Part shown: one piece after another, positions 55,874 to 64,000 of the stretch
Position numbering within the stretch: position 1 is the stretch's first letter
Layout: the number at the start of each line of letters is the position of its first letter
Origin: Minisyncoccota bacterium
Lineage (GTDB): Bacteria > Patescibacteriota > Minisyncoccia > Phycocordibacterales > UBA2100
DNA length: 64,000 bases
Assembly (NCBI GenBank): GCA_965267345.1
Contig: OZ253947.1
Span: 202,814 to 266,813 of the forward strand
Reading direction: 5' to 3'
Program-made: the position numbers and the translations under genes
Notes under the pieces: model-generated
Seen by the model: the letters and a program-made list of their open reading frames with translations, nothing else
Databases searched by the model: none
Told to the model about the DNA's origin: nothing

Positions 55874-56842
55874 ATGCGCACTCACAATATTCAATCCTCC
55901 AGCGACTCAACGTCGACACCACACACCCGACACGTATCCGTTCTTTCACAACAGGTACAGAACGTACTCGACATACAACACTGTGAGACCGTCGTCGATT
56001 GCACGCTCGGCGGTGGTGGACACGCACGCATGCTTGCTGAGCAGCTCGATGACTGCGGCACGTTTGTTGGCTTTGATGCCGACAGCGCAGCCATTGCGCG
56101 AGCGCAGGAGCGATTGCATGGTGTCGCACCGACATGTCACTTCATCAATGCAAACTTTCGACAGCTGCGCGAAGCACTTGCCGAGCGCGACATTGCACGC
56201 GTTGATGCTGTGCTGTTTGATCTGGGGCTCAGTAGTGACCAGCTTGAACAGTCGGGGCGAGGATTCAGCTTTGATCGTGATGAACCGCTCGCTATGACAT
56301 TTGCCGACGCACCCACTGAAGGAACCCTCACTGCTGAAGAGATCCTCATGACGTGGGAAGAGCAGCACCTTGCTGACATCTTCTACGGCTGGGGCGGTGA
56401 GCGATTTGCTCGACGCATTGCTCGCGCCATTGTCGCGACACGCGCACAGACACCAATCACCACCACACAGCAGTTGGTTGACATTGTCACCGCTGCAATA
56501 CCCGCACGATTTCGTTCGCACAAACGCAATCCGGCGACAAAGGTATTCCAAGCGTTGCGCATTGCGGTAAACGACGAACTAGATGCACTTGAAACGGCAT
56601 TGGCTGCACTGCCCGACGTCATGGCACCGAACGGGCGCGTAGCAATTATTAGCTTTCACAGTATTGAAGATCGAGTCGTTAAAGAGACCTTTCGCACATG
56701 GGAACGAAATGGCCTCGGGAACCGTATTACTCGTAAACCCATAACACCGGAGGGGGGTGAAGTATCCAACAACCCGCGCGCTCGTAGCGCCAAACTTCGC
56801 GCCTTCGTTTTCACACACTATGAACAAGCACATTCACAATAA
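55874..56842 (+). CDS. rsmH: 16S rRNA m4C1402 methyltransferase RsmH (MraW)
   Basis: HVSVL, VVDCTLGGGGH, FDLGLSS and ISFHSIEDR. Confidence 0.9.
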   Translation: MRTHNIQSSSDSTSTPHTRHVSVLSQQVQNVLDIQHCETVVDCTLGGGGHARMLAEQLDDCGTFVGFDADSAAIARAQERLHGVAPTCHFINANFRQLREALAERDIARVDAVLFDLGLSSDQLEQSGRGFSFDRDEPLAMTFADAPTEGTLTAEEILMTWEEQHLADIFYGWGGERFARRIARAIVATRAQTPITTTQQLVDIVTAAIPARFRSHKRNPATKVFQALRIAVNDELDALETALAALPDVMAPNGRVAIISFHSIEDRVVKETFRTWERNGLGNRITRKPITPEGGEVSNNPRARSAKLRAFVFTHYEQAHSQ

Positions 56843-57167
56843 GATCAAAGCAGCCATGGTGGTTGCGCATCGTATAGAGCAACGAGCAGTGTTGCTGCTT
56901 TTGGCAGTGGCGGTACTTCTTGCTGGACTCTATATGTACTTTGTTGCCTCCGCAGTGGTACACGCGGTGGTGCGCAAAGATGTGCAAGACATCATTGCAC
57001 AGAAACACTCAGAAGTTGCTGAGTTGGAGGTGGCCTACCTTGCACGTAAAAACGAAATCACGACTACGCGAGCAGAGGAGCTGGGCTTTACCAGAATCGC
57101 GCAAAAATCATACGTTGAACGTGCGCGCTACATCGGACGCGCCGATACCGATCAGGGTAACTTCTAG
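56820..57167 (+). CDS. ftsL: FtsL-like cell-division protein
   Basis: Small bitopic protein (TM then coiled coil) between rsmH and ftsI. Overlaps the rsmH end. Confidence 0.5.
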   Translation: MNKHIHNKIKAAMVVAHRIEQRAVLLLLAVAVLLAGLYMYFVASAVVHAVVRKDVQDIIAQKHSEVAELEVAYLARKNEITTTRAEELGFTRIAQKSYVERARYIGRADTDQGNF

Positions 57168-57173
57168 GTTCGC

Positions 57174-58895
57174 ATGGCAGCGTCGCGCACACGGGAACTC
57201 TTTCAGCAACGGGTGCGCCTGATTCTTGCCGTATTTGGCATTATTGCCGCGCTGGTGGTTGCGCGATTGTACCTCCTGCAAGTGGTGCATGGCAGCGAGT
57301 ACCGTATTCAAGGCACCGACCAGTATGTATCGACTTCGGGCGGCTTTTATAACCGTGGAAGCATTTTCTTTGCCGATAAGGATGGGCGCGAGGTGAGTGC
57401 CGCAACCATGAAAACGGGCTATATTCTTGCGATCCAGCCAAGCACCATTACCGACCCTGAGGCACTCTACACGGCACTGTCAGCGCACGTTGCGCTTGAT
57501 GAGGACGCATTTCTGCAGCGGGCCACAAAGGCGGGCGACCCGTATGAGGAGGTGGCACATCGCTTAACTAGTGAACAGGCAACGGCACTGCGTGCAGCTG
57601 ATCTCGAGGGGGTCATTCTCGTGCCCGAGCGATGGCGCTACTACCCAGGAGGCGCACTTGCCGCGCACACCATCGGCTTCGTTGCCTATGAGGGGGATGA
57701 TCGCGTTGGCCGGTACGGGCTCGAGCGCTACTACGACGACGTACTCCAGCGTGGTGAGAGCAATTTGTACGTTAATTTTTTTGCCGAACTCTTCACGAAT
57801 TTACGCGATGTGGTGTTTGTGCCGATCGATAAGCGTGAGGGGCATATCGTGACAACGATTGAACCGGCAGTGCAGCTGCACCTTGAACAAGTGCTCACGC
57901 AAACACGTGAGCGCTGGGATTCGCAATTCACGGCCGGTATTGTCATTGATCCACGTACGGGTGCGATTCGCGCCATTGCCGTATCCCCCGCTTTTGACTT
58001 GAATGCGTTTGGCCAGGCTGATGCACAGCAGTATGCGAATCCAATTGTTGAGCGTGTGTATGAGATGGGCTCGATTATGAAGCCACTGACGATGGCTGCC
58101 GGTATTGACGACGGAGCCGTAACACCTCAGACAACGTACAATGATCAGGGGCGCCGTACGTTTGACGGCGAAATCATTTCAAACTTTGATGGCCATGGTC
58201 GCGGTGCGGTGCCCATGCAGGAAGTGCTCTCGCAATCACTCAACACGGGTGTTGCCTTTGTCGTTGAGCAGATGGGCACTGATGATTTCCGTCGCTATAT
58301 GTACCGCTACGGACTCAACGAAGAAACGGGTGTTGACTTGCCCGGCGAGGTGCGACCGCTCGCTGGTAACCTCACCAGCCCGCGAAAGATTGAGTATGTA
58401 ACGGCAAGTTTCGGGCAGGGTATTGCGGTGTCACCGATTAATATGGTGCGCGCACTTGCAGCACTCCCCGACGGATATGTGGAGCAACCGCATATCGTGC
58501 AAAGAATAAAATCGCAAAACGGGATTTCGCAAGACTATGAGTACGATGATTTACGCACACAGGTGCTCGACCCTGAGACCGCAGAGGAAATCACACGCAT
58601 GCTGGTTACTGTGTACGATGAAGCACTTTTGGATGGTGCGGTAAAAATGGAACACTACAGCATCGCCGCAAAGACGGGTACGGCACAGATGGCATCGCCT
58701 GACGGCGGTTACTACGATGATCGCTACCTGCACACGTTTTTCGGGTACTTTCCCGCATTTGATCCACAGTACCTTGTCTTTCTTATGAATGTTGAGCCGA
58801 AAGAGGTTGAGTATGCGTCGCAAACACTCACTACACCGTTTGTCGACGTGACACAGTTCCTCATTAATTATTACGATATTCCACCTGACCGGTAG
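57174..58895 (+). CDS. ftsI: Peptidoglycan D,D-transpeptidase FtsI (PBP3-like class B PBP)
   Basis: GSIMKP (SxxK), SLNTG (SxN) and AKTGTAQ (KTG). Confidence 0.9.
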   Translation: MAASRTRELFQQRVRLILAVFGIIAALVVARLYLLQVVHGSEYRIQGTDQYVSTSGGFYNRGSIFFADKDGREVSAATMKTGYILAIQPSTITDPEALYTALSAHVALDEDAFLQRATKAGDPYEEVAHRLTSEQATALRAADLEGVILVPERWRYYPGGALAAHTIGFVAYEGDDRVGRYGLERYYDDVLQRGESNLYVNFFAELFTNLRDVVFVPIDKREGHIVTTIEPAVQLHLEQVLTQTRERWDSQFTAGIVIDPRTGAIRAIAVSPAFDLNAFGQADAQQYANPIVERVYEMGSIMKPLTMAAGIDDGAVTPQTTYNDQGRRTFDGEIISNFDGHGRGAVPMQEVLSQSLNTGVAFVVEQMGTDDFRRYMYRYGLNEETGVDLPGEVRPLAGNLTSPRKIEYVTASFGQGIAVSPINMVRALAALPDGYVEQPHIVQRIKSQNGISQDYEYDDLRTQVLDPETAEEITRMLVTVYDEALLDGAVKMEHYSIAAKTGTAQMASPDGGYYDDRYLHTFFGYFPAFDPQYLVFLMNVEPKEVEYASQTLTTPFVDVTQFLINYYDIPPDR

Positions 58896-58925
58896 TACAC
58901 AGCACGCCTGAAACGGGTATAATGA

Positions 58926-60245
58926 GTGCCAATGATTACTGCAGTAGCTCGTAAGGTTGTTGTTGCCATTTTGACGTGGGAAGCGCGTGCCGTGGTGCGG
59001 AAGTATCAGCCGCGCATCATTGCAATCACCGGCAGTGTCGGAAAGACGGGTACCAAAGATGCGATCTTTACTGCGCTCACGGCAAGTCATTTTGTCCGCA
59101 AAAGTAACAAAAGTTTCAATAGCGAAATTGGTGTGCCGCTGACCATCCTCGGATGTGAGACGGGGTGGCACAATCCGCTTAAGTGGCTTGCCAACATATG
59201 GGAAGGGCTCGCGCTGCTTTTGTTTGTTAACCACTATCCAAAATGGCTCGTGCTCGAGGTGGGGGTTGATGCACCGGGAGACATGCAAACGATTACCGAA
59301 TGGCTAAAACCGGATGTTGCCGTCATTACCGCGCTGCCTGATGTGCCTGTGCACGTTGAGCAATTTGCCTCACCCGAGGATGTTGCGCGCGAGAAATTGC
59401 ATTTAGCGCATGCACTCAAGCCCGATGGTGTGCTCGTGATCTGTGGTGACGACAAGCGGCTTGAAGCCTTTGCACAGCGCGAAAAAGGGCAACGCATTGT
59501 GCGCTACGGTATTGAGGCACATAACGATGTAGCGGCCTCGTACATACGAATTAACTACACGGATCACAGACCAGTCGGCATGCAGTGTCGCGTCACGGTA
59601 CCCGAGCATGAGGAGCTATTTTTACTGCGCGTTCGTGACCACATTGGCCAGCAACAACTTTACGCACCACTCGCCGGTCTCGCAGTGGCACACGCACTGG
59701 AAGTACATTCATATGAGAAAGTTATTACCGCACTGGAAGCTGATGCAGGGTCACGAGGCCGTATGCGACTCATCGACGGCCACAACGGCAGTACGATTAT
59801 TGATGATTCATATAACTCATCGCCGGCGGCACTGCGTGCGGCACTGACTGCGCTTAAGAAGATTACGGTGACGGGGCGTAAGATTGCCGTATTGGGCGAC
59901 ATGTTGGAGCTTGGAAAATACAGTGCCGAAGAGCACAAGAAAGCGGGTGTCTACGTTGCCGGTATTGCCGATACACTGGTGACCGTTGGTGTGCGTGCGA
60001 AAGCTATGGCGGCGGCCGCGCGGGAGGCCGGCTTTGACCCCGAGTGCATTTTTGAATTTGATACAGGGGAAGCGACGCAGGCAGGGCGCGAGGTGCGCGC
60101 AATGCTGGAGGACGGTGACATCGTACTGGTTAAGGGATCGCAGTCGGGTATTCGCCTCGAACGTGCGGTGAAAGAGATGATGGCAACGCCATCAAACGCA
60201 CCGGAGCTTTTAGTTCGACAGGAGGCCGCATGGCTGGCGCAGTAA
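58926..60245 (+). CDS. murF: UDP-N-acetylmuramoyl-tripeptide--D-alanyl-D-alanine ligase
   Basis: IAITGSVGKTGTKD, DDSYNSSPAA and Mur ligase C-domain motifs. Confidence 0.9.
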   Translation: MPMITAVARKVVVAILTWEARAVVRKYQPRIIAITGSVGKTGTKDAIFTALTASHFVRKSNKSFNSEIGVPLTILGCETGWHNPLKWLANIWEGLALLLFVNHYPKWLVLEVGVDAPGDMQTITEWLKPDVAVITALPDVPVHVEQFASPEDVAREKLHLAHALKPDGVLVICGDDKRLEAFAQREKGQRIVRYGIEAHNDVAASYIRINYTDHRPVGMQCRVTVPEHEELFLLRVRDHIGQQQLYAPLAGLAVAHALEVHSYEKVITALEADAGSRGRMRLIDGHNGSTIIDDSYNSSPAALRAALTALKKITVTGRKIAVLGDMLELGKYSAEEHKKAGVYVAGIADTLVTVGVRAKAMAAAAREAGFDPECIFEFDTGEATQAGREVRAMLEDGDIVLVKGSQSGIRLERAVKEMMATPSNAPELLVRQEAAWLAQ

Positions 60246-60488
60246 AGCTCGACACTTCACTTTTTGTGCAAAATGCGTACAATCATCTCGTGTGTAGTTT
60301 TGCTACCCCCATATGCAGCTGCACACTGCGCCTGCGGTGATCGATATTGGAAAGGAGAACGTCGTCTCTACCCCCGTGTCGCCGCAGGCGTTTTACTTTT
60401 CAAACGACGCAAATTGTGTACAATTGCCCGCGTAGCGTAAAGAAAAGTACGCCATTATTGAGTCAGTAGATGACGGTACTGTACTGCT

Positions 60489-60560
60489 GGCCCCATCGTC
60501 TAGCGGCTAGGACGCGGCCCTCTCACGGCCGAAACCGGGGTTCGATTCCCCGTGGGGTCA
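60489..60560 (+). tRNA. tRNA-Glu (anticodon CTC)
   Basis: GGCCCCATCGTCTAGCGGCTAGGACGCGGCCCTCTCACGGCCGAAACCGGGGTTCGATTCCCCGTGGGGTCA. Cloverleaf with a 7-bp acceptor stem, anticodon loop CTCTCAC and T-loop TTCGATT. Confidence 0.85.
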
Positions 60561-60609
60561 CAAATACCCGCCCGCAACAGGCACTGTTGCGGGCGTTTGG
60601 TTATAGCTT

Positions 60610-60627
60610 TACGTAAATATTTACGTA
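60610..60627 (+). promoter_or_regulatory. Perfect 18-bp palindrome TACGTAAAT|ATTTACGTA ~110 nt upstream of unknown Cys-rich-C-terminus gene
   Basis: 9+9 perfect inverted repeat. A second palindrome GAGATATCTC lies 30 nt downstream. -10 TACAAT directly abuts the ATG. Confidence 0.35.
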
Positions 60628-60738
60628 AAAACATCACACACGTTTCTCCCGAGATATCTCAGGAAGTAATGCACTTGTTTCCTTTCGTAAGGCATAAAAA
60701 GCATAGTCGTTTCCAAAAAGCGCGCGTTTCATTACAAT

Positions 60739-61608
60739 ATGAAAATGAAACCGACAGATATTTTCGAAGAGTGGAATGGGTCTATGTGCGCATTGGCAAC
60801 GATGCATGGGAAAGAGCGAGTTATTGCACCAGAAATACGCCGTGGGTTAGGCATGCAGGTATACGTGCCACCTCACTTTGACACTGATCAATTTGGAACC
60901 TTTACGGGCGAAATTGCACGCACTGGCAATCAACTTGAGGCTGCACGAAAAAAAGCATTGGCGGCAATCGAGCGCACCAGTGCATCTATTTGCATTGCGA
61001 GTGAAGGTAGCTTCGGTGCTCACCCAACAATACCGTTTGTGTTGGGCAACTTAGAGCTGGTACTCCTGATCGACCAGAAGAATGATATTGAAGTTGTGGG
61101 ACACTATAGAACGAGTGAGGTACAAGCGCGCAGACAGGAAGTTGCCACTGCTGATGAGGCTGTTGCGCTTGCTCGCTTGTGGGGGTTTCCTCAGCAAGGT
61201 GTGATCATTCGCCGTTCGGAAAAGAGCAATCGACATATTTCTAAGGAGCTCACAACCACAGAGGCCCTACGCGCTGCAAGCGAGAAGTTACTAGCAAAAT
61301 GGGGAGTAAAAACTATCCTTCTCGAAACGGACATGCGTGCGCATCGTTGCCCTCGACGCATGGAAACCATAAGACATGCAACCATTGACCTGATCAGGAA
61401 TTGCAAAAGTGTGTGCCCAATTTGCGCAACACCTGGTTTTGTGATTTGCGACGTTGTGCGCGGGCTACCATGTCGTGGCTGTGGTGCCGCAACATCGGCT
61501 GTACGTGAAGCAATCTATTCGTGCCAAAAATGCTGCCACACCGAAATGCGCTCAATTGCAGATGCGTCCCGTGCCGCTCCCGGCGACTGTCAGCGGTGCA
61601 ACCCGTAG
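60739..61608 (+). CDS. Hypothetical protein with C-terminal triple CxxC zinc-ribbon region
   Basis: 289 aa. N-terminal ~200-aa domain (ASEGSFGAHP). C-terminus CPICATPGF...CRGCGAA...CQKCCH...CQRC. Confidence 0.6.
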   Translation: MKMKPTDIFEEWNGSMCALATMHGKERVIAPEIRRGLGMQVYVPPHFDTDQFGTFTGEIARTGNQLEAARKKALAAIERTSASICIASEGSFGAHPTIPFVLGNLELVLLIDQKNDIEVVGHYRTSEVQARRQEVATADEAVALARLWGFPQQGVIIRRSEKSNRHISKELTTTEALRAASEKLLAKWGVKTILLETDMRAHRCPRRMETIRHATIDLIRNCKSVCPICATPGFVICDVVRGLPCRGCGAATSAVREAIYSCQKCCHTEMRSIADASRAAPGDCQRCNP

Positions 61609-61617
61609 TATCGGGTA

Positions 61618-62058
61618 CTATAAAATGATACGCTCGCCTCTGAGCATCCACAAAATAACTCCAAACACAATTGCGGGGAGCACCAGTGCATACAAAAGCT
61701 CTGACGTGACGTACAGCGAGGTACTGCTGTAGTCGCTGAGCTCAACTGCTCTTTCCAAGCCGACAGCACGCAAAAAGAAGATGGAACCAACAATGCCTGC
61801 GCCGATGGTGTAGAGCCCCATCGCGGCGGTGCCAAGCAGCACTGTCGTGCGATGTGTCTGCAGAAGCGATCGCAGCAGCACAGCGAAGTACAACAGTATG
61901 AGACCAAAGGCGATGTCGATCACCGCAATGAGATAAAAGGGAAAGCGCAAGAAGAATTCGCGATTATCATAAACGCCATACCACGACCCCAGTGCAATAA
62001 CTACAAAGAAGCCGCGTATCAGTAGTCGTTGTGCCGAGGGAGAGAGTCGAAACTGCAT
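61618..62058 (-). CDS. Hypothetical membrane protein (4 TM)
   Basis: 146 aa, hydrophobic. Confidence 0.5.
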   Translation of the reverse strand: MQFRLSPSAQRLLIRGFFVVIALGSWYGVYDNREFFLRFPFYLIAVIDIAFGLILLYFAVLLRSLLQTHRTTVLLGTAAMGLYTIGAGIVGSIFFLRAVGLERAVELSDYSSTSLYVTSELLYALVLPAIVFGVILWMLRGERIIL

Positions 62059-62096
62059 ACGTGCAGTGTAGCATGCGGTATGTGCTCGGTAGTGAC

Positions 62097-62666
62097 TTAT
62101 ACCCGCACTGCACCTTGGCGGAGTACCTTGGGCGCATCGGGGCGGCAGTCGACGATGGTTGAGGGCGGCGCGTGTCCTGATTCGCCTGCCACAACGAAGA
62201 CATCCGGATTGTCATCGAAAATAGTGTGTGCCTCTTGCGTGGTAGTTGCCGGCGCTTCGCCTGATAGATTCGCGCTCGTCACTGCGAGTGCGCCACCACA
62301 CGCTGCAATAAGCGTGCGTGCCAACTCGTGATCGGGGAGTCGGAGCGCGATGCTGTTGTCATTGCCAATTTCATCAGGAAACGAAGTATTTTGCGGCACG
62401 ACAATGGTGAGTGCTCCCGGCCAGTGTGCGTGTGTGAGCTGCAGTGCAATTGGATACATGACGCCTAACTCCTGCGCTCGCGCAACAGACGATACGAGCA
62501 CGGGTATGCTTTTTTCGGGTGGGCGTTGCTTCGCAGCGTAGAGCTTTTTGAGTGCTTCAGCGTTAAATGGATCGCAGCCAATGCCAAATACGGTATCGGT
62601 TGGAAAAACAACAAGACCGCCCTTTGCAACATGGGCCGATGCTTTTTCTATATCATTTTGCGTCAT
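62097..62666 (-). CDS. tsaC: L-threonylcarbamoyladenylate synthase (YrdC/TsaC family)
   Basis: VVFPTDTVFGIG, KQRP and ALTIVVP are YrdC fold motifs. Confidence 0.85.
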   Translation of the reverse strand: MTQNDIEKASAHVAKGGLVVFPTDTVFGIGCDPFNAEALKKLYAAKQRPPEKSIPVLVSSVARAQELGVMYPIALQLTHAHWPGALTIVVPQNTSFPDEIGNDNSIALRLPDHELARTLIAACGGALAVTSANLSGEAPATTTQEAHTIFDDNPDVFVVAGESGHAPPSTIVDCRPDAPKVLRQGAVRV

Positions 62667-62828
62667 ATAAATTTTAGGGAATCGGCGTCAGCTCACTTAG
62701 CATTGTACTCACTTCGCTCGTAAATGCTAAGTGGCTCCCCTAGCCGGGTAGGCTGCCCGGACTCGCCGATCCAGCCCTTCTCGAAGGGGTGGGTGCCTCG
62801 GCTCCGTCTTTCGATTCCTCCTTCAGCA

Positions 62829-62874
62829 AGAGATATAGCAATGTAATGCATACGCACCACATGGCTATATCTCT
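62829..62874. terminator. Hairpin immediately 3' of tRNA-Leu (likely tRNA trailer terminator)
   Basis: AGAGATATAGC, 24-nt loop, GCTATATCTCT; perfect 11-bp arms. Confidence 0.4.
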
Positions 62875-62876
62875 AG

Positions 62877-62958
62877 TGCCGAGGGGGGGAGTCGAACCCC
62901 CACTCCCGAAGGAACACGATTTTGAGTCGTGCGCGTCTACCAATTCCGCCACCTCGGC
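62877..62958 (-). tRNA. tRNA-Leu (anticodon CAA), type II with long variable arm
   Basis: The reverse complement reads GCCGAGGTGGCGGAATTGGTAGACGCGCACGACTCAAAATCGTGTTCCTTCGGGAGTGGGGGTTCGACTCCCCCCTCGGCA. Anticodon loop CTCAAAA, T-loop GGTTCGACTCC. Confidence 0.85.
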
Positions 62959-63018
62959 AAGTGCACCGTATTTTACACAAAATGCCCACATGTGCACACC
63001 GAGTCGCAAAGATGGTCG

Positions 63019-63036
63019 TGGTATACTGCCCGACAT
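63019..63036 (+). promoter_or_regulatory. Extended -10 TGGTATACT upstream of parB
   Basis: GTCGTGGTATACTGCCCGACAT-ATG, the same motif as upstream of mreB and PEBP. Confidence 0.4.
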
Positions 63037-64000
63037 ATGGCATCGGATTTCTACAACAATTCTGTGTTCTGGGTCGAAGTGCACCGCATTAACCCGAACC
63101 CCTACCAACCACGAAAAGAATTTAATCAGGAGAGCCTTGAGAGCTTGGCTGAATCGATTCGTCAGTACGGAGTACTGCAGCCACTTGTCGTCACCCGACG
63201 CGAGCTTGAGCGCGGCGACGGCGGTATCAGTGTTGAGTACGAACTTGTGGCCGGCGAACGTCGTCTGCGTGCCGCAAAAATTGCCGGCATCAGTCAGGTG
63301 CCCGTACTCATTCGCAGCTCCGAAGACTCGGATAAGATGAAGCTGGAGCTGGCGATCATCGAAAACTTGCAACGCGAAGATTTGAACCCGATTGATCGCG
63401 CGCTGGCATTCAAACAGCTTGCCGGTCAATTCAAACTCAAACACACAGAAATTGCGAAAAAAGTAGGTCGTAGTCGTGAGTACGTTTCGAACTCACTGCG
63501 CCTGTTGGCACTCCCTGAGGAGGTGCAACGCGCACTTGTTGCCGGAGAAATTACCGAAGGGCACACTCGCCCGCTGTTGATGCTCGCCGAGCGCCCGCAC
63601 GAGCAAGAGACACTCTTTAAAGAGGTGATGGCAAAGAGCCTTACCGTGCGTGAGACAGAGCGCATCGCACGCAGTATCGCGACCGATAAAGCACGCAAGC
63701 AACACCTCCCACCCGAATTAGCGAGTCTCGAGCGCGAGCTTACCGAGCGCTTGGGCACACGAGTGCAAATTGAAACACGCAATAATGGCGGGAAAGTACA
63801 CATCGATTTCTTTTCACCGTCAGATATTCAACACTTACTCGCGATGGTGAGCGGTGCAATTGCTGAATCACTTCCTGCAGACATGCAGGCAGCTACCTCA
63901 GACGAAGAGCGAGCGGTCGACGAGGTGCCACCACAGGGCAATCTCACACCACCACAACCAGAGAGCGAGCGCCGCGCGCTCGATGAGCGTTCAGTCGATT
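63037..64000 (+). CDS. parB: Chromosome partitioning protein ParB (Spo0J), C-terminus beyond window
   Basis: ParB N-domain with LVAGERRLRAAKIAG (GERR box), an HTH and a dimerisation domain. No stop before 64000. The track shows only out-of-frame ORFs here. Confidence 0.85.
   Translation, partial: MASDFYNNSVFWVEVHRINPNPYQPRKEFNQESLESLAESIRQYGVLQPLVVTRRELERGDGGISVEYELVAGERRLRAAKIAGISQVPVLIRSSEDSDKMKLELAIIENLQREDLNPIDRALAFKQLAGQFKLKHTEIAKKVGRSREYVSNSLRLLALPEEVQRALVAGEITEGHTRPLLMLAERPHEQETLFKEVMAKSLTVRETERIARSIATDKARKQHLPPELASLERELTERLGTRVQIETRNNGGKVHIDFFSPSDIQHLLAMVSGAIAESLPADMQAATSDEERAVDEVPPQGNLTPPQPESERRALDERSVD

Noticed and set aside
60246-60488. Possible ncRNA or regulatory element between murF and tRNA-Glu (TGTGTACAATTG extended -10, inverted repeat CGCCTGCGGTGA...TCGCCGCAGGCG)
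   Set aside because: Most simply explained as the murF terminator plus tRNA-Glu promoter(s). No conserved ncRNA motifs recognised.
62740-62876. RNase P RNA-like fragments (CCGGGUAGGCUGC on plus, AGUCCGGGC...CCCGGCUA on minus) and a possible second tRNA with GGGGAGCCA end downstream of tRNA-Leu
   Set aside because: The segment is only ~130 nt and both matches arise from one near-palindrome, CCGGG-N7-CCCGG. No P4 pseudoknot partners and no 300-nt core are present. No consistent cloverleaf could be folded. I interpret it as tRNA trailer or tsaC promoter hairpins.
62740-63444. 234-aa minus-strand ORF and plus-strand ORF 62789-63340
   Set aside because: They span tRNA-Leu and run antisense or out of frame to the clearly identifiable parB gene. 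They are not real.
1-64000. CRISPR arrays, rRNA genes, IS-type transposases
   Set aside because: No regularly spaced direct repeats, no rRNA-like conserved stretches and no DDE transposase ORFs were seen on either strand.

Overview
The window is 64 kb of bacterial chromosome, about 55% GC by eye, with one clearly AT-rich island of about 6.2 kb at 30,035-36,246. My coordinates for small motifs (hairpins, promoter boxes, operators) were indexed by hand against ORF-track anchors and may be off by 1-2 nt. I saw no CRISPR array, no rRNA and no IS-type transposase. From start to end the window contains:

- hisS, partial on the minus strand and open at the window start.
- An ABC-2 exporter pair.
- A SET-domain protein.
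- A tandem C4 zinc-ribbon protein.
- ung.
- A 1379-aa ORF with no recognisable domain.
- A secreted beta-helix repeat protein with a C-terminal membrane domain.
- cspA.
- A GerMN-domain membrane protein.
- An HI0933-type flavoprotein.
- A dicarboxylate/amino-acid:cation symporter (DAACS).
- GtrA.
- A signal-peptide beta-barrel-like protein.
- A neighbourhood of small Cys-containing and membrane proteins (MauE-like, DUF3179, flavodoxin-like reductase).
- znuABC.
- The AT-rich island, which carries a large serine recombinase whose 3' end overlaps tRNA-Asn(GTT) and eight uncharacterised cargo ORFs.
- A PEBP/YbhB protein, a DUF167 protein and hpf.
- fmt, then a 526-nt structured spacer, then def and a PriA-like protein with a degenerate P-loop.
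- An HTH(XRE)-MurA fusion.
- mreB, holB (short), frr, rseP, proS (short, no editing domain), a second mreB, mreC, mreD, mrdA, greA and a class I lysyl-tRNA synthetase.
- mraZ, rsmH, ftsL, ftsI and murF.
- tRNA-Glu(CTC).
- An unknown protein with a triple CxxC C-terminus.
- tsaC, tRNA-Leu(CAA) and parB, which is partial and open at the window end.

Many genes appear leaderless: a -10 hexamer sits 6-8 nt upstream of the ATG, and an extended -10 motif TGGTATACTGC recurs five times.

The findings I would look at first are:

- A Fur-family-style 7-1-7 palindrome, TGCAAA(T/C)-A-ATTTGCA, upstream of both znuA and a monocistronic Cys-rich 85-aa protein gene. I read this as a putative Zur regulon with an unusual new member.
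- The tRNA-Asn-associated AT-rich island, which contains a candidate two-gene module: a zinc-ribbon protein plus a membrane-anchored 363-aa protein.
- The giant ORF.
- The HTH-MurA fusion.
- The P-loop-degenerate PriA homologue.
- An orphan promoter-terminator pair upstream of mreB that looks like a small RNA.
- The hairpin-rich def-fmt spacer.
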